Source: Lama guanicoe (lineage: Eukaryota). From it: 64,000 nt of DNA. Below are positions 13,501 through 27,400 of this stretch, in pieces (within the stretch, counting starts at the first letter, position 1; every line of letters begins with the position of its first letter). The notes under the pieces are model-generated. The model was not told the origin of the DNA, searched no databases, and was given only the letters and a program-made list of their open reading frames with translations. The stretch is taken from assembly GCA_013239625.1 (NCBI GenBank), contig MU054187.1, forward strand, positions 20,366,897 through 20,430,896, in the 5' to 3' direction. The translations under genes were made by a program, and so were the position numbers.

Positions 13501-14681
13501 CTTATTCTTAAATTGTTTCTTCTTGGATAAAGCTGGTATGTTCATAACATCTTCAAAAAGAAAGAAGTTGAGTTGGAGAGAAACCTGCTTCCCAGATTTG
13601 CTGGGGATATTGAGTGAGTTTTAAATAACAATATTAATTTTAAAGTAAAGAAACACTGGGTGCTTACAGCCATTTGAATTTGTATATTTAATAAGATAAT
13701 CAGGTTTCTAATCTCTCAAACAGAGAACTTCTTTAGATCAGAGTGCTTTAAACATACCCAGTTTATGAAAATCTTTCTCTTGACCTGGCTTTCAAAAAAG
13801 GTCTTTTACTATTCAAATAAAATGTAGGATAAAAACTCCTGTGTTTCGGATTTCAAGTTGAATGGAAGGTGGAAAATAATGCTTATATGTGAGTTTATTC
13901 TACTCTTACAGTAAGAACAGAGTCATTTCAGAGTTAGAATAAGGGAGTGAGGGAAGCCAATTTTCCTGCACTCAGCACTGAATGAGGAAGACCTACTTCG
14001 TCAGAATATGCAGACTCCAATTATTCTAGGACTAAGAGGCAAGACTCCAGACAGCCTCCTGTCTACCTCTACAGGGATGAAGGTTAAGTTCCAGAAGTAG
14101 GTTCAATTCCTGACAGATCTTAACGTCTTTCAAAAAGAAAGACAAAATTGGCAGCATAATGAAAAGGAAATAGAATTCACTTTTATATAATTGTGGAGAG
14201 ATGCTACAATTTGAGGAAAATGTTCAATTCAGAACTAGTGATAAAAGCAGGGGTGAGACAGACTTGTTCAAACTAAGGAAAAGTTTCTTATAATCAAAGA
14301 CACAAAAGAGTTTGGGTTTTAATCTAAATAAATGATCTGAGTGCAAGTGAGGACCTCCCAAGCAAGACTCTGTGTAGTATATACTAATCATATTAATAGT
14401 TATTTATTAATAATTATTTAATAAATTCATTTAGTATATACTACCTTCAGGCATGGTATTAACTCACTGAACTTCCATAGTAACCTGTAATTTTATATAC
14501 AATAATGGTGTGAATGCTGATCTCATCTACACAAATAGTTAATTTAGTGACTTTGAATCTATATTCACCATGGTGACCAAAATCACTGCCAATTACTCAG
14601 AAGAGTGAAAATAGGTTTATTTTCTCAATTATATTGATTTCATTTTCTCTGCTCTCTAGAGCTTTCTGGATTTGTTTTTAA

Positions 14682-14824
14682 TTTTTTTTTTTAGGGGGAA
14701 ATAATTAGGTTTGTTTATTTATTTATTTATTTTATTTTTGACTTTTGATGGATGTACTGGGTATTGAACCCAGGACCTTGTTCATGCTAGGCACACACTC
14801 GACCACTGAGCTATACTCTCCCCC
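14682..14824 (-). mobile_element. tRNA-derived SINE (camelid Vic-1 type)
   Basis: Same A/B-box head and body as the 48.5 kb copy, in reverse. Poly-T at 14682-14692. Flanking TGGATTT(G/T)TTTT repeats resemble a TSD. Confidence 0.9.
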
Positions 14825-15086
14825 TTGGATTTTTTTTAACTGAATTTATTTGTTACACTCATTATTCAAGAAATATTATTTAAAATAAAATACTTTAGAA
14901 AGAATTGAAATTAGTTACTGACAAACCCGTTCCCCTTTATTCCTACTTTCAACTTCTATGACCTTGTCTATCAGACATAACCATTAATAGAATGAGTGTG
15001 TGTCATTTCAAATTTCTTATTAATTTTTTATATATATTTATCTGTCACAGGTATAATAATTGGTATAGGAATATGAGTTTATCTAC

Positions 15087-15573
15087 TGTATTATTTTTGT
15101 AACACTGCCATAATAATGACCACAAACTTAATGGCTTAAAACAGCACAATGTTATTATTTTAAAGCTTTTACAGTCAGAAATCTGGCATGAGTCTAACTG
15201 GGCTAAAATCAGTGTGTCTGTAAGACCTCATTCTGTCATAGAAGCTCTAGGGGAGAATCCACTGTCTTGCCTTCTTAGGCTGCCCGAGACTGTCCACATT
15301 CTTCAGCTCATGGTCCCTTTCCTGTATCTTCAAAACTAGCAACATGACATCTCTCCGACAGTCTCCAGTAGCCACATCTACCTCTGAATCCAGATGGAGA
15401 TGATCCCTCTTCAGATTCATGTGTTACCTTGGGCCTCCTGGATAATCTCTCCTCATAATTCGCATGTTAATCTCATCTGCAAAGTTTATTTTGCTGTGTA
15501 AGATAACATACTTACAATTTATGGGGATGAGGAGGTGGGTGTCTCTTGGATGCCACTTTACTTTCACCACACA
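15087..15573 (-). mobile_element. MLT1 (ERVL-MaLR) solo LTR
   Basis: TG...CA ends, CCACAAACTTAATGGCTTAAAACAGCAC, AAGCTCTAGGGGAGAATCC and TCATCTGCAAAG. Confidence 0.85.
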
Positions 15574-18224
15574 AGCACACAGGCACACACACGCACACAC
15601 GTTATTTGTAAATTAGATGATAAAGTATCATTTCAAGTCTCATAGCTTCCATTCTATTTTTTTTCTGTGCAGTAAAAGTCAATATCACCTGCTCAGTGTG
15701 TAAGAAGCTACTGAGGGAGGAGTCTTGAGGAGCACGGCGTGTTGTCTGCGTGTGTACGTAGCCAGGACGTGGGGATTAACGTCGGGGATATACGTGCGAG
15801 GCTCAGGGAAATGAATTGAGATGGGGATAAAGACTATGTGTGGGACGTTAACTTGCTGATTCTTCTGAACAGTAGTAGGATGAGGGCAAAACCTTACATA
15901 AGGGTTGAGGGTATAAGGAAACATGCTTTTGGTGACCTAGGGGTATTGTGATTTAAGTAAGTATGGTGTTTTCAAAATACGCCACTTTTTTTTTTTTTCT
16001 AAAAGTTACTTTAGTTTCAGAAGTCTTTGAGAGCCACACATCTTGTTGGAGCCCTGAAGGGTACTATGGTGGTATTTTGTGGAGCACTGGAGCACAGATC
16101 AAGTCTCTGTACTAAAATAGTGCATAATTTAGTTTTCTCTCAATAAGCTTTTTTTTAAAAAAATGTTTTTACCTAGAAAAGATGATTGAAATCTGTTTAT
16201 TAAATAAAAGACTTCGAGAACCTACAAAACTATGTTGTCTATTTTATATCACGTAAAATTAACTTTTAGATTAAAGAAACTATTATTATTATTACTATTA
16301 TTATTATTTGTAAAACCAAAGGCATTTCTGGCATTTCAAACTCAATGATTTATGCTGGTTTGATAAAAGAAATGATATTAACATACTTTGAGTAGTTTTT
16401 GTGGCACAAATAAATATGCCAGGTCTTTTGCATCGGCGTTGTTTCCTGCGATAGTGGCTTATTTTATAAGTGAAGTCCTGGAGTAATATATTGGAGTTAA
16501 TAGCACTGAAAACATTAGCGATAAAACAATGTAACTAAATTCTTCACTAGGAATAAAGGCACCCTTTTGATAGATACAGATAATAGTTAATTATAAAACT
16601 AGTTTTCAAAGATTGTGAGTCCCCAAGAAATATGACAAAATTTGATTTCATTGGATTTTACCAATGTGCTTAGTGTTTAATTTGACTTTATAGATCGTAA
16701 GTGATGGGCTGTGTTGAATGGCCTACATTTTTCAATAATATACATTCTTTAACCTTTAGAATTGTTTACCTGTTAGGTTCTGCTTCAAGTGTTCTGTGAT
16801 TGTATTATATAGCATTTTAGTTTTGGAAATTAAACTCATTTGTCTCTAATCTGACAGGACATCTTAAAACATAATGTTTATAACAGAATAGATACTTAGA
16901 TAGAAGTAATTAATTTCTAAGTTGCAAATGAGAGTCAGATCTAAGCCCATCTTTATGAAGTTACTTCACAGAAAGCCTGTGCTAATGAGGAGAGTAACTA
17001 AATACAGTAGATCATTTAATGTCACACCAATCATTCTTTTTCACCCAAGAAATATTTATCTGCACTGAGTATTTTCAGTTACATAGTACAGTTAGAGTTG
17101 AATTCTCTTTCTGGTCTAACTTGACAACGCATGTTCCAGAGAGATATATGGTGTAGTGAAAGAAGAAGATTTAGGAAGACAAGACATTTTTTCCTCTCTG
17201 GACTTTTTGGCACATGAAAGTCTTGTCTGTTTGACATTTACTACTTTTGCTTTATGGTTTTGTCCTATTTTCCCTTCTTCCCATGCCATCTTTATCAAAC
17301 TACTGAAATATGTTTTGCTAAATACTCCAGATGGAGCAGTGACATCCTTCGATCCTAGATAGAAACTAGGAAAATTGCCAAGCTTCTACTTTTCTATAGC
17401 CCCACATTTTGAACATGTTGTATAATTCGACTCTGGCTCATAACTGTATTATTATTGCTAATTGTTTATGAGTATTTTTTCCCCTGAAATTCCCAATCCC
17501 CAAATTGATGTATGTCCAATGCATGGCAGAACTGTAGATACTAAAAAAAATCTGCTGAATGATGAATATTTGTTCACTCTTTTATTATATCAGATGTGGA
17601 TAATTTTATTTTAGTACAGAAAATATGTGCGTATGAGATGTGCTCAGAGAGAAAATAAACTCACACTGAGTCTTGATTTTAGTCTGCGATGAATTAATCA
17701 TATGCTGTAGAATTTCAATAAATATTTAGAGAATTAAAGCAAGTACATATGTTGTTTAATAGGCCTAACTGCTTTGCAGATGGAAAGGATCCTGGCTGTG
17801 GGGTAACTGCACCATTTTAGTTTTGATTAGTTATAAAAATGTTAAAGACGTCAACTTTGATTAATGGCAGACAAGAGGTTTTGCACGAACTCTCCCACCT
17901 AAAGCATCTAGAACAGAAGGAAGAAGTACCGATGTTGTAAAATATTACCCAGCCAAGGTCCAGAAGATGGAAATATAAGGATGAACCAGGCCAGAAAGCC
18001 TAACAGACAAAAGGATGAATAACACTTTCGACAGCATTGCGGGAATGCGAGTATATAGTTAGAGTTCAGGCCTTGACGGGCTGGGGAAAAGGAAAAGTTG
18101 TCTAGTAAAGCACCCACATTTTAGTTTGGGGCCATAATATACTGCAACTAGAAATAAAGATGAACTGGAAGTAAACGATCACTTGTCTGTTAAAAGGAAG
18201 GTAAGGAGAAGTAACAACTAATTG

Positions 18225-19380
18225 CCCTAGGGTATCTAGATATTGGATCCTGGAGCAGAAAAAAAGCCATAGTGGAAAAAACGGAAGAAATCTAAATAAA
18301 ATTTGTAATTTAGCTAACAGTATTGTACTATTGTTAGATTCTTAATTTGATAATTGTACCATTATCAAATTATAAAAGATGCCATTATTTTTTTAACCTG
18401 GCCATCTGGAATTCTTTGTATTAACATTGCCATCACTAAGCAAAATGAGGTTTGTGTCACTATGTTAATATTAAGCACAGTAAATCCACGGCAAGAAACA
18501 ATACTATAACTAAAGAGGAATATTTCATAATAACAAATGATTCTGTTCTCCAGGAGAATATAATGATTCTCATTTTGAATGCACATATGAATGTTGTCTG
18601 ACAATATATTACAAAATGAAATCTACAAGGAAAACCAGAATAATAGATTATCGTCACCAAATGTGGAAAGAAAGGCATAATAACAGAAAGATCAGGGAGG
18701 AATAAAATGAAAATATAATCCTGAGAATCAACAAGCAAATTGTTCTTTGAAAAGTAGAATACAATTTATAAAAACTCAAGAAAACCGAGCAATAACATAC
18801 GAAAGTAAGCACAAATAAGCAATGCCAGAAATTAAAAGTTGGACAGCAATACAGAATCTAGAGAGTGAAAACTACAATATATTATTAACGTCTTCATATT
18901 ATTACATGTGAAAATGTAGAGAAAATGGACAAATTCCTAAAAATAAAAATAACTTTTCAGAACTGACACAAAGTGAAAGAGAAAAAGTGAAGTGTCTTAT
19001 CATTATTAAAATAAATCCAAATCCATAACAAAACTGTCTGCAATTACATCCAGGCTCAAATGACTCCGCAGTGAGGATATAGCATCATTCTTCAAAAATA
19101 TTTTACAGAGAATAGAAAAGGGAGGGCTCATGTTCTGACTTATTTCACAAGAACATCGAAATCTTGTTGCTAAAGTATAAAAATGGCATAAGAAAAGGGA
19201 AGTTGCAATCTCTGACACAGATACATAATGAAGATTCTGAATTAAAATATCTCATAGACAATATAAAATGCATACAGGGACGAAATCTTCTTTCACGGTT
19301 AAAAAGTTGATGACAGAAAATTTTTGAGGAAATTGCTAAATCTGCATATAGGAACAAACATTCCTAAAGCAAAGTGTCAT
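18225..19380 (+). mobile_element. old L1 fragments (3' end piece followed by an ORF2 piece)
   Basis: GGATCCTGGAGCAGAAAA... 3'-end motif at 18.24 kb, then GAAAATGGACAAATTCCTA and TTACAGAGAATAGAAAAGGGAGG ORF2 motifs. Confidence 0.65.
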
Positions 19381-19704
19381 AGTTAGAAGTAAATCTATTG
19401 CATAGGTCTTAGTCACCATAATGCAATGGAAGCAGTTTGTATTTTTTGAAATTCATTGAGGGGCTAGAAGGAACTTTGGAGGTCAATTTAGGTGGCAGAA
19501 AAATGTAAGAAGAAATAAACAGGAATTATTTTACCAAGAATCTCATTAAAAACCAGAGCCATGGAAGACTGACATAGAGAAACATGCCATTCTTCTTTTG
19601 CTAATTGTGTATCAAAAATTTTGCATAAAGGATGAAAATACCCCAGGCACTACTAGACTGTTTTTCAATGGTTTATTTCACTCTTATGATAATTTACCTT
19701 TTCT

Positions 19705-19880
19705 AATTTTATTTGACATGTAGTTGGTTACAATATTTTATTAGTTTCAGTTGTACAACATAGTGATTCAATATTTTTATAGCTTATACTCCGTTAAAAG
19801 TTATTATAAAATATTGGTTATCTTCCTTATGCTGTATATCATTGTATCTTATTTATTTTATACAAAGTAGTGTGTACCTC
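19705..19880 (-). mobile_element. L1 3'-end fragment
   Basis: TAGTTGGTTACAATATTTTATTAGTTTCAGTTGTACAACATAGTGATTCAATATTTT is a typical laurasiatherian L1 3' terminus. Confidence 0.75.
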
Positions 19881-22800
19881 ATATTTTTAATTATCAGTAT
19901 TGCTCATTGATATTACCAATGTTAAGACAATAAAGCTGTACTCATCCAGAACCATGACATAGCCAATCAGCCAACACATACTGCACTTTTATCATGCACT
20001 GAGCATTCAAGATAGCCACCTCTCCATTCACATACTTCATGCTCTAGCTAAGGATTAAGAAAATAAATGATCGGTTAACAATATAAGTACTGAAGGTAAG
20101 CGTAAAATTGCATGTCACTCAGAGGAGGGGCTCAAATATCGGCCTGAGGTTTTAGGTAATAATGTCTATAGGTACTGGAATGTTAAGGAATGGTTAAAAA
20201 GGAGTAATTAAACGTTATCTAGATACAAGAGGGTGTGGCAAAAAAGAGAGATCACATATACAAAAGGCAACAAAAATGCTCAGGGGCACTTTCTATCGCT
20301 TATTTAAACTTTGAAATAATAATTGATTTCAACACAAGTTCTAACTGTAAAAAAAATTCAAATTACAACCAGGCAATTTTTAATTATTTCTACCGTTTTT
20401 TTTCCTTTGTATTTATAACATATGGTAAGTGTGCTTATCTATTTACTTTAAAATACAATTCACAGAAGACACAGATTACACTACCAAGGTCTAGATAAAC
20501 TGAAATAATAAAAAACATATTTGGGAGAAATAATGATATATTGCTAACCATAACCCCCCTCAATATGTTGAACAAAGCTTTGTTACCACTAATAGCCTAG
20601 GGAAAATTTAATTAAAATCCCATAATAAATCTCTGTAAAGTATGTTTCCTTTGCTGTTCCTGCAGCCCAATCATTCTCAACATTTTGACTGTGACATCTC
20701 ATACTTATGATTATCAGCTTTGAAACCCAGCCATTAGGGGATGTTAAGTTACTAGTAAGGGATGTTTTGAAAAGATCCTTTCTCTCTTAATATAGTTTTC
20801 ATGGCATTATTTTTATTAATTTTGTATGCATTAAATGAAATTTATTTTAAGAATAAGGTGGTGCAGTGAAACAAGTACCAATTTTGGTATCAAATAAATC
20901 TAAATTCAGTTTCTTGATCTTCGAGAGATGTACTTTAGTATTATTAGTATTACTTCTTATAACTGGGACAAAGTCTGAGTTAAACGTTCCTCTCACTTCG
21001 TGGCAAATATTGCCAATCCATGAAAAATCCCTTTTTATTTCCTTTATTGATGCATTTCTTTCCTTTTCTCCCTACTTTCCACTTTCACCCCACCCCATCC
21101 TCCTTAGACAATAATTGGAGGCTTCTTGGTATGGACTTTTGAGTCTGTATGTAACTTTTAAAAACATGTATTTTTGCATATGTATTTATAGTTAATTTAC
21201 ACAAATCATACAAATTTACACAAACAGTTTTCTCTTACAGATTTCCCTTTGTCTCTAAATGTTTAGGTCCACATAGCCTGCCATCTACACTTAGTTTCTT
21301 GTTCCTTACTCTTTTCCATGGTGTTCACCTACCCCATTAGACTTATCCATTAAAATCCATATTTTCTCTAATAATCTATACTCATATATTCAATTATTTG
21401 CTGTTATGAGCTTCTTCATACATATTGCACAGTCCTTTATGAAAATTCCTATATGAGAATTTCTCTAAAATTTATACTTAGGCATTATCGTTGGGCCATA
21501 TGATATATACAACCGAATTTGATGAAATTCTGTTAGATTGCTCTCAAGAAAGGATATGTAAATTAATTTTCCCACTGTTGTAATTGAGGAATCCTATTTG
21601 CTCACATTTCCACCATTATTTGGTATTACAATACTGAAAGGTAAAATATGACCCCAAAGCCTGCATTTTTTTCTCCTAATATCCTAAACTATACCCTTAG
21701 AAGGCAAATACTATGACTTAAGTATTAACATAGGGAACAATATTAACAATTACTTTTTTATTTAAAGACATTTACAACCTCTCCACCTAAAATAGAATAA
21801 ATCCTTAAGTTACCCAAGGCCACAAGTTAAAATTAATTGCCTATTCTGCATTTGTTAAGATTTTTTTTATTTGCAAGTATAAGAATACAAAATTCACACA
21901 GGCATTAAGAATATGGAAAATTATTCCAGAGTTAGCGATGAGGTTCAGACAGCATGTCCCATGATTCCTGCCCTCATCAAAGACCTGTCTTCATTGTGTC
22001 TTATGTTTCTACCTTCAACAGAGTGTACATTTTCTTGTTGATTTTTCTCAAACTCATAAAATGGTTTCCAGAAAATTTCAGGACTTATACAGGCTTCCTG
22101 TTTCCTGTCTCATGGAAAGAGAAAAGCTTATGCAGGAAATAGTACAAGAGTGAGCCACGATGTTTCGGTATGTCAAAATATATTTTATGGATCTCATTTG
22201 CCTGAATTGGGCTTCTTACAACATCCTAAACTAAGCCATCTAGGGACTAATCCTGAAGTTAGTACTAATGTTGGTTCGTCTCAAAGTATCTGATCCTTGT
22301 AAGAGTGGTAAATACAGAATTGACAATCGAGGTAAAACAACAAAAAGGAAAGGTAAATAGATGTGGAAAACAATATTTGCAAGCATCTTCATAAACTAGA
22401 AAAATTGTGTAGTTCTATGTAATTAAAATAATTTAATCCTTTCTAGACAATTATAATGTTGATAAAATTTAGACTAATCTTTAGAAAAATTGAGTTATGC
22501 TAGTATTTTACTAAGATTATTATTTATTAAAAATAAGAAATATCCTTTATCAAGTTAAATAATTTTGCAATGCATAGAGGTTATCCTTATGCCCTGCTAC
22601 CATCTTATTCCCATATCCACGTTCATATAAATATGTTTCATGATACGAACAGATTTTGTGAGAACACAGTTTACTAAAACAGAGTTTCACAATTTCACAA
22701 AAGGAAATGAAAACATTTATCATTCTGTAACTTTCTTTTGTTTTCATGGAATAATATTTTGTGAAACTTTCTCCATGCATGTCAACGCATAGAGATTTGT

Positions 22801-23639
22801 CATTAATTTTAAAAGATGTATGATTGTATTTTTGCCTCAAGGGCAGGAATGACATATTTTAGAAGGGGGTATGGGATAAAGGAAATTAGATGTTTAAAAA
22901 ACAGTTAGAAGTACTGGGGTGGAGGGGAGGCAAAGATCCTCCCGTTATAACTTCCGAGAAATCAGTGAATCCCCAAAGCCCAGGAAGTGCCTACCAGTGA
23001 TCTCAGCTGCAGATCCTTAATAAACCTCATGTGGAAACTGCTTCACATTTCACATCTGCCAAAGTGTCTTATCTCTTCCAGGAGAGAATCATGGTTTTCC
23101 CTTCTCTTTGCCTTTAAATATTACACAAGTACTTTTCATGAATGTAAATGAGAATCCTGTCTGTAAGGGTGTGTGGGAAATAGAATCCACTTCTAGATAT
23201 GTAATTAAAAGTTGACAAAGTTAGTATGAAGATGAGTATCCACGCATTCCTCCGCTGATAGACACTCAGATTATCTGTTCTTTTTTAATTAACAATGTAC
23301 TCAAAACAAGCATGTCAGTAATTTAATTGGATCAAATGAAACGACTTTTCTGCGGCAGTATGCATTTCATACAACAATGAAATTTAAAATGGGGACGTTA
23401 TTAAGTAAACTCTACTGTATAATTAGATAGTAATTTTTTCATCACTTTCCTCTGTAGACTGAAATAAGTTTGCACATATTAAAACTATGCACTAGAGTGC
23501 CATATTTATTTATTATTGTCATAATTTTACAAAGGAAATATATTTAATTTTTAAAATATGTATGGAAATATTCCAAAGAAGAATGTGTACTCCTTTCTTT
23601 ATTAAGTAACACTGGAGTAGTTTGGAAAGAATGACACTG

Positions 23640-24640
23640 CACAGTAACTCAAAGCATAAGGAAAAATAAAGAATATTAAAAATATAATTTCATAGGTAAA
23701 TATAAATGCTTAATTACTATTCTTTTAGTCTGTAACTCCTTCTTTTTTATGATTTAAAAGGCAAATGAATAAGACAAAATTATAGTTCTGTTAGTTGACA
23801 CAATGTATAAAGACATAATCTCTGTCATTATCAACATTAAAAAAAGAAGGGAGAGCTGTTAAGAGTTTGTATAGTATAGAAACCAAGTTGTTAGTTCAGA
23901 CTAAGTTTTTATACATTTACGATAGAATTTTCAAGGTAACCACTAAGAAACCAAGTAAAAATATATACACAGAAAGGAAAGAAAAAGGGAAAGAAAGTGG
24001 TATACTAAAAAAAACAAACTAAATACAAAAAAGGCAGTAATTAATTAAGAAGCAAAAATATGACACACAGAAAACAAATAGCTAAATGGCATAAATAAGT
24101 CTTTCATTACCAGTAATTACTTTAAATGTAATAGATTAACTAGCTAATTAACAGGCAGAGATTGGCTGGACAGCTTAAAAATACATATCTGTGTGCAGTC
24201 CGTAAGAGGCTTAGGTACAAAGACATAAAAAGGTGGAAAGTAAAGAATGAAAATAGGTATTTTATGTAAATACTAACTAAAAGATAGCTATGATGGCTAT
24301 ATTATTACCAAACAAAAGGGATCTTAAGTTAAAAAAAAGTGTACAAAAAGGGCATTACATATTGATAAAATATTTAAAAAGAATAGATATTGATTGCATG
24401 ATTCCACATATTTGAAATACATACAACAGGCAAATTCAAAGAGACAGAAAGTAGATTAGAGGGTAGAGAGAACTGGAGTTATTGCTTAATGAGTACGGAT
24501 TTCTGATCGGGGCAATGAAAATGTTTTGGTGTAGATAGCAGTGATGGCTGTAGATCACTGTGAACGTAATTAATGCCACTGTATTTTACATTAAAATGAT
24601 TAAAATGTCAAATTTAAGTGACATATTTTTATTACTATGT
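23640..24640 (+). mobile_element. L1M remnant (ORF2 start region joined to L1MB-like 3' end)
   Basis: CAGTAATTACTTTAAATGTAA...GGCAGAGATTGGC; CAAATTCAAAGAGACAGAAAGTAGATTAGAGG...GTGAACGTAATTAATGCCACTG. Confidence 0.75.
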
Positions 24641-25569
24641 ATGAAATATATCGTTACTCTAAGTTTTAGCTGTTAATTTTCTCATTATATAAAAATGGTA
24701 GTTTTTCATTTTCTTCGTAGTTTCAGTAATTTCAAAATCATTATGGCACTTAATAGCCAGTATATGTAACTATTTTAAAGCTATCTTATCTATTTTTCAT
24801 TTTCATTATCTTTATTCCTAAGATCTCAATGCAGTTTTAACATACCAATGTGTGGCTGAATAAGAAGGCTGTTTCAGAAACACTTTTAAACACATTACTG
24901 CCCTTGAAACAGGAAATGTGTTGCATTGAGTTCTGTAATAACCAAGATAACTTTTCAATTTCAAGAGCCATACTATCTCAAGGGTTGCTTTCTCCATTCG
25001 GTTTCATACCCTCAAATTGTTAGTTTGAGCAGGAAGTTTCCCCTGATTTCAAAAAGGCTGTGAACGGAGACTATAAAAGGGCCTGGAGCCTAAATGAAAG
25101 CAGAATAGAGATTTGAGATGATCATGAATCTGCTTTGGTGGACTCACTCAGTCAGAATACGGCTAGAGTAATATGTAAAATAAAACTTATTTTCTCAAAT
25201 AGAAATTGTACCAACAAGTTTCTGCCAAACAACAAAAGATATTTTTAAAATATTTTTTCTTAAGAGAAAATAAGGTTAAACCTAGCAGTTATTAGGGTAT
25301 TCTGCCATCTTCATCTAAGTTTCTTGATTAAAATTAAAATAGGTAAATATACTTTATTTTTACAATATGCCTTCATTTCATTCACTAGACTACTCAGTGC
25401 GGTAACTGAAATTCAGAAGTAAATAAACCATAAAGACATAGTTGGTGTAGAATTTATGTGGAACTACTATAAATGCAATCTATTATTTTATAAGTTTACA
25501 CTATTTTCATTTAACTTAAATTTTAACAAGTAGTTACTATGAATTCTTCAATAAAATATCAAGACACTT

Positions 25570-26580
25570 TGTGTGGCTTGATCCCTTTCAATCTTATGAA
25601 ATGTATTTTATGACCCAGAAAATTGTCTATATTTTTTCCACATGCACTTCAAAATAGTATGCATTCTGTTGTTGTTGGGTAGAATATTCTAGAAAGTTAA
25701 GTAGGTCACGTTGTTTGATGAGGTTGTTTAAATCTATATAGCTATACAGATTTTCTGTCTACTTGTTCAGTCCATTACTGAGAGAGGTATATTGAAAGCC
25801 CCAATTATAATTTTAGAATTGTCTGTTTCTTCTTTCAGTCCAACAGTGTCTGCTTCATGTATTTTTGGTGCTCAGTTTTTAGGTGCATATATGTTTAAAG
25901 TGGTTTTGTTTTCTTAATGATGCATTTTGATGTATTTATTCTCTGGCATATTTTCAGGAAATTACCTTATTTTTCTCTGATAATATTATTTGCTACAAGT
26001 TTTACTTTTTCTAACATTTATATAGTCACTGTAATATTCTTTTATTTAGTGTTAGCATGGGATGCTTTTTTTCTTTGTATGTTAATTTTTATTGTGGTAA
26101 AATATATATAACAAAATTTACCATTTTAATCATTTTTAATTGTACAATTCAGCAGCTTTAAGTACACTCACAGTGTTGCAAAACCATCACCAAAATTCAT
26201 GTTCAGACCTTTTTTTTTATCATTCCAAACTGAAACTCTGTACCCATTAAAAAATAACTCCCCATTTCTCCCTTCACCCAGCCTTTGGCAAACACTATTC
26301 TATTTTCTGCCTCTGTCCATTAACTTTCAACCTATTTGTGTCTTTACATAAAATGTGAGTTTCATGTAGAAAGTATGGCTTTAAATTTTACTTTTTAAAT
26401 GCAATATGATAATTTCCGTCTTCCAATTTTAATGCTTGACCTTCAAATTTTAATATGATTATTAATATTCTTAGAATTAAATGTGTCCTTGGGCTAATTA
26501 TTGTCTTGCGTTCTTTCTTCCCCTTTTTCTGTCTTCTTTTGGGTTTAATATTTATATGATTTTATTCTCTATTATTGTTT
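25570..26580 (-). mobile_element. L1M remnant interrupted by an L1MB-like 3' end (26080-26315)
   Basis: ATTCTGTTGTTGTTGGGTAGAAT...ATTACTGAGAGAGG, with nested TTTTATTGTGGTAAAATATATATAACAAAATTTACCATTTTAATC. Confidence 0.75.
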
Positions 26581-26879
26581 TTGATTTTAAGCAGAAAAAT
26601 GACTTGCATTTTTTATGTTTAAAAGATCACTGTCTATGATGAGAGGACAGATGCTGGGGAGAATGCGATCAGGTAGGTCTCGTTCTGAGATGGCTTGGGT
26701 GGAGCCAGATGATGTGGTTGTTTACTTGCTTCTCTCTTAGGAGTTAGAAATAAGAGTTCTGTTTTGGCCACCTGCTCTCGAGACAAGGACCAGGTAGTCA
26801 GTTTTACTAAATCCAACTTATAATTTGAAAGTAAAATAAATATTTCTCTATATGATTCTGGTGGTTGAGCTTAACGAAA

Positions 26880-27400
26880 AATCAGTATTAGAAATTCAAA
26901 ATTGGGACTCAATTCCATATGTATACAAGTAGATAATTTTAAATTGATGGGGCTGTTTATATAGTCTTGGGCCAGAAAAAGGTAAAAGGTAAGGCCTCTG
27001 TCCTAATCTGGGCAACTGTAATATTTACAGTTCAGCAGACAAGGGGATTAAGTCAGGAACAACCAATGAGTAGAAGGAAGAAAACAGGTGTATGTGGTGT
27101 CATCAGTGACAAGGGAAAACAGTATTTTTAAAAGAAAGGGAGTGTATATATGTGCAAAATTCTGCCCAGATGTCAATTAAAATGAAAACAGCAATGGCTA
27201 ACCTTGATAGGATTAGTATCAGTGGAATCATTTGGACAAAATAAATTTGATTAGGATAAGGAAATTAGAAATGAATGAAGTAAATTTAATGACGTTAGTA
27301 TAAGTCTAATAAGAGTGATTCTGTGAAAAGTTAAAGAAAAATAGAGTGTTGCATGGAGGCGAATGTGGGGTGAATGGAAGTTGTAGTCCTGCCTTGTTTT
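26880..27400 (-). mobile_element. L2 remnant
   Basis: AGTAGAAGGAAGAAAACAGG...GTGGTGTCATCAG...AATTCTGCCCAGATGTCAATTAAAATGA. Confidence 0.5.
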
